Of a stretch of 64,000 nt of DNA, positions 59,651 to 64,000 are shown one piece after another (within the stretch, counting starts at the first letter, position 1; every line of letters starts with the position of its first letter). The DNA comes from Vitrella brassicaformis CCMP3155 (Eukaryota; Protista; Chromerida), in NCBI GenBank assembly GCA_001179505.1, contig CDMY01000445.1:1-64000 (forward strand), in the 5' to 3' direction. The notes beneath the pieces are model-generated. The model was given only the letters and a program-made list of their open reading frames with translations. It searched no databases and had not been told where the DNA came from. The translations under genes were made by a program, and so were the position numbers.

Positions 59651-62019
59651 CACAGCCCCGAGATTTACGACGGGACGGGAGCTGGCGAGCTTTTAAGCTG
59701 GCATCCAACCTTGCTCACTGCACACTTGGGGCTCCTGCCCTGCCGGGGAGTAGACAGCGAAGCACTGCAGGCAAGGAGCAGACAGCCGACACAGGATAGT
59801 CCCCTCCACAAGCGGGGACAGACTTGTCTGAACGAGACGCGAACACAGTAACAGAGCCGTGGGCACTCGATGATCGACCACACTCGTACAACAGACGCAT
59901 CATGAACCGTCACACCGACGGGAAGCGAGAGGGTGAACCGGAGAATGAAACGGCCGATTTAAGGCCACATATAAAACCTCTCGGCGACTGGCCACACACA
60001 GCAGTGCAGCGGGAACTAGCGTCTATAAGTAAGTCAAGTCCATAGGTTCACCGTCTGGCTTTTTCTCCCTTTTTCTCCCTCCCTCCCTCCCTCCCTCCCT
60101 CCCTGGCTGGCTGGCTGGCTGGCTGGCTCTCTATACACTGTGCTGCACGTACCAAGTTTTGCCATCCATCCATCCACTTGCTGACTGATCACCCCATGTA
60201 ATTCATCTCATCTCGACTTATCAGGATGGCATCATCCGTGCTGTGGTGTGATGGTGCATGGTGCCATACCAATACACACATACATACATTGTGCAGACAA
60301 AGGAGGGATGGAGGGAGGAAGTGCAGTGACTGTGTGGATGGGTGGATGGACAGATGGGTGGCCTGACTGTGTGTGTGAGACGCATTCTCACTAACGTAAA
60401 CATCATCGATAAAAGACATGCTATCTATCAGCATCGATGGATCCGCTCGCTATGTGCCAAGCAGGAGATAGATACTACTCGGAAGCGGCACGGCACAGAG
60501 GCGTGGGCAAACCCACGGAAAAGACACACACACACATACACACAGAGCACAGACGCAAGCAGTTGTCCACTGACCTGACTGACGTCCACACACGGCACAG
60601 ACGCACGCATAGGGACACACAGACACACACACAGAGAGAGAGAGAGAGGGTGGGGTGAGTGTGTGGGGGGTGGATGGTGCAAGTAAGTGTATGTGAATGT
60701 GTATGTGTATGTGTGTGTGTTCGTGTAAGCAAGTGCCACACATCAGTGCACGATGCACACACACACACACACACACATATGTATACGCACCGATGGACAC
60801 ACCGTGTGTGTGTATGTGTGTGTGTGTGTGTGGAGGTGGCTGGTTGTGAGTGAGCTGCTCTCTCTGCCCGAGACACATGGATACGTATGAGGGTTTCTGA
60901 CTAGGCCAGCTGGCCAGCCCAGGCAGCTACATACACTCATGTATGTAGATGAGCTGTGCGGCGGCACAAGAAGCTGTCGATGGGATGATTGATGGCCCGA
61001 CAGCGCAGTGGTGGTGTCTGGCGGAGGCTGGAAATGCGGCCAGCGACGAAAAACAGCGGCGGAAAGAGCAGTGTTCCTGCGCAGTAGGAGAAAGCTGTGC
61101 ATCGCGTCGGCATGTGGGTGCCTGAGTGGGTGAGTGGGCATGTCGCGGGCCGCTAAGCAAAACCGCCGGATGACAAAGGGAAGCCAGTGAATGAATGGTG
61201 GGCCAACAATGTGGAGTTAGTCAGTCAGTCAGTCAGTAGCAAGCTACACAGATGCACCGGGTCGACCTTTGTGTGCTCGTGGTGCGCATGTGTGTCTTGG
61301 CGGTCGGGTGTGGTGTGAAGCGGGCCGCACCCAACACCGCCAAAGCAGGAGAGGAGCAGTGAGTCTGTGGGTGCCTGCAGTAAGGTACGTAAGCCTATAC
61401 ATGCATACAAACAGCACATGGTGAGTGGAGTGAGTAGGTCGAATGAACCGTGGACCAAAAATACAACAAATACGCAGTCAGTCAGTCAGCAGTAGTAAGT
61501 CGACATGGATGCACACGGGCATGGCGTTACGCTCACACCTCTACACGCATCTCACGCATCCACGAACCATGCATGGGTCACGATTGTCACCACATGAGAG
61601 TGAATTCGTCTGTCATCCATCCATCCATCCCTCCATCCAGACACACACACCCCGACACGCTGGCTGCATCACAGTCAGTCAACGAGCAGGCATGGGCCTC
61701 ATCCATCCATTCTGGCAGCCAGTATTTCACAAATAAGTCAGTCACGCAACTAGAAATTACCAGACGGTGCCAATGTCTACACCGACACTCTGATAGAGGT
61801 CACGCCACCCACACCCATGGCCAGCCCCGGGCCGACACCATCCATCCATCCACCCACCCTCCACCAACCGACCTCCCGCCCCCGACAAGCACCACCACCA
61901 CCACCACCAACCGATTGTTTCGGTCAACGAGAACACCGCCGACGCACATAAGAAGTAGACAGACGGGGAGTAGACAGCGACAGACACACCACACCCACGC
62001 ACACGAACGAAAAGGGAGT

Positions 62020-62134
62020 GTCCGCACCATACGGAGGGACGAAAAGAAAACGAGAAAGCGGCGTCCGCACCATACGGAGGGACGAAAAGAAAACGAGAAA
62101 GCGGCGTCCGCACCATACGGAGGGACGAAAAGAA
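62020..62134. repeat. Minisatellite, 43-bp unit x~2.7
   Basis: gtccgcaccatacggagggacgaaaagaaaacgagaaagcggc starts at 62020, 62063 and 62106. Confidence 0.92.
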
Positions 62135-62209
62135 TACGACAAAGGAGAAGAAAAGGCAACGGGTAGGGCTGCTGACTCAAAAGCAATACAATACAACACA
62201 CTAATTAAC

Positions 62210-62509
62210 NNNNNNNNNNNNNNNNNNNNNNNNNNNNNNNNNNNNNNNNNNNNNNNNNNNNNNNNNNNNNNNNNNNNNNNNNNNNNNNNNNNNNNNNNNN
62301 NNNNNNNNNNNNNNNNNNNNNNNNNNNNNNNNNNNNNNNNNNNNNNNNNNNNNNNNNNNNNNNNNNNNNNNNNNNNNNNNNNNNNNNNNNNNNNNNNNNN
62401 NNNNNNNNNNNNNNNNNNNNNNNNNNNNNNNNNNNNNNNNNNNNNNNNNNNNNNNNNNNNNNNNNNNNNNNNNNNNNNNNNNNNNNNNNNNNNNNNNNNN
62501 NNNNNNNNN
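62210..62509. other. Assembly gap (300 N)
   Basis: Run of N. Confidence 0.99.
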
Positions 62510-63700
62510 GCGGTCTTCTTGGCCTCCTTGACGGCCCTCACCCAGCACCACCGGATGATCGACGTCACCGAATTGACCACAGTGCCATCCCTAGTGGTGC
62601 ACAGCACACGCAACAACCATTGCGGTGGCACGTGCATACACCGCTGCACACCTGCCCGGGTCACCCACTTACCAGTCGAAGCAGACGCACCGCAGGACAG
62701 GCTTGTCGGACACCGCCTCCCTCACATCGTGGCCGACAGCCGCCTTGTCATGACACGGAGTGGGGTGCGGAGAGGGAGGGGCGCGGTCGGTCTGCACTGA
62801 TGCCGCCGGTCGGAGGCCGAATGGTGCAGTGGCTGGGGAGGGAAAGTGGGGCCGCTGCTGGGTGTCTCGCTCGTAGTAGAGCTGGCCTTCGTGTGTGGGC
62901 TGCTGTGACCAACGGGTCTGCCGGATGGCCTCGCCCGTCAATCGCCGAGTGACCAACGGGTCTGCCGGATGGCCTCGCCCGTCAATCGCCCGAGTGACTA
63001 AGGCCCACAGGCGGATTGCTTGCATGCGGCCCGGCATCTACAGCGCGGAGACGGCACTCCCGTGGCCTGACACAACCACTCCCACCTGCACACACACACA
63101 CGTGACAGCCATGAGAGCACAACAAGAGATGAGAGATGACCTCCGCCGTGTATGTGTGTGTGTAGGTCTCGTACCTTCCTCCTCTCAGGCAAGAAGCGGG
63201 GAGTCGTAGAGGGATGGATGAGTGAATGGGCGGCGGCTGACTGCAGCCGGCCTGCAGAAAGACAACAGGCAGACAGACAGACAGACGAGGAGCTCAGAGA
63301 GGTCGACCACATGTGTCTGTCACGTGTGCACATCTGTGAGTGTTCGCGTGTGTACCTGGATAAACAAACATGGCGGGCGGGCCAGCAAACACACACCACC
63401 ACACACAGCGGCCTTCCCGCAACCTGAAGCAGCCAGCGGACCAAAGACATCCGTGCATTGCATTGCATGTGTGTGTGTGTGCGCCAAGTGCATGTCCGAA
63501 CGTACAGCCCCGCCCTGCGTACCGGTCGGTGGAGTGGTGCGTGGAGGGGGGAGGGAAGACGTGCCTATCATTTCCTTTTTGGTATTGCCTTCTTGTGGGC
63601 CTCTCTTTTCCCTCTCTCGGCCTTCTTCAGGGGGCCTTTGGCTTTGCTTTCCCTCTCTCTCTTCGTCCCTTCCCTTGTCTGTCGGGCAGCCAGCCACCGA
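62510..63700 (-). CDS. Possible exons of an uncharacterised gene running into the gap
   Basis: Coding-like segments with splice-like borders (VPPQWLLRVLCTTRDGTVVNSVTSIIRWCWVRAVKEAKKT; DKAAVGHDVREAVSDKPVLRCVCFD). No family recognised. Confidence 0.3.
62905..62998. repeat. Tandem duplication, 44/45-bp unit x2
   Basis: gtgaccaacgggtctgccggatggcctcgcccgtcaatcgccga at 62905 and 62949. Confidence 0.9.
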
Positions 63701-64000
63701 GTAAAAACTGACTAGATGACGTCAGAAATGACAGTAAAAATGACTAAAGAATGCAATGACGCACACAGACAGGCCAGACGATCGAAATCGAGAGGGACAG
63801 GCAGGCGAAAACGAAATCCATCGGTCATGCGGACACGTGTGTGTGTGTGAGGGCAGAGCCGTCATCAGCCAGGCCATGAAGGGGGAAAGGGACACACATG
63901 CACGCAGCCATCACACAAAGGTTTTCGAAGGGCACCACGGCCAGACAGCCGGCCATGGGCCCCTCCTTTTCTGGTCTTTTTTTTGCGGCGGCCAGACGCA

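Noticed and set aside
62020-62134. Hammerhead-ribozyme-like GGACGAAA, Stowaway-like ACGGAGGGA, or CRISPR-like periodicity
   Set aside because: No CTGATGA core, no paired inverted terminus or TA target site, and the spacers are identical. The context is eukaryotic with no cas genes.

Overview
Intron-rich eukaryotic DNA with microsatellite-filled introns and two 300-N gaps. Gene content (CDPK7-type kinase, HPPK-DHPS, bipartite plastid-type leaders) and intron style suggest a chromerid alveolate, probably Vitrella brassicaformis (inference). About 18 genes were reconstructed by hand from motifs and GT-AG junctions: a SufE-MnmA fusion, GPAT/DHAPAT-like acyltransferase, Elongin B-like protein, 5-oxoprolinase, MtnA, TruA-like protein, CCCH zinc-finger protein, degenerate acylphosphatase-like protein, HPPK-DHPS, WDR12/YTM1, ABCC transporter, TGS1-like methyltransferase, RING protein, secreted orphan, frameshifted J-domain gene, ATM1/ABCB7-like transporter, CDPK7-like kinase and a Skp1-like gene with an F-box-like tail. 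The strongest leads are (1) the intronless SufE-MnmA fusion, a possible built-in sulfur relay; (2) a recurrent TGCGAGCT(C/T)A motif in the short divergent promoters; (3) a possible Skp1 + F-box-like single polypeptide; (4) AC-rich 5' / GT-rich 3' fold-back introns; (5) a catalytically degenerate acylphosphatase fold; and (6) a Cys/Trp tail module shared by two unrelated genes. Exon boundaries are manual and approximate; no database searches were run.
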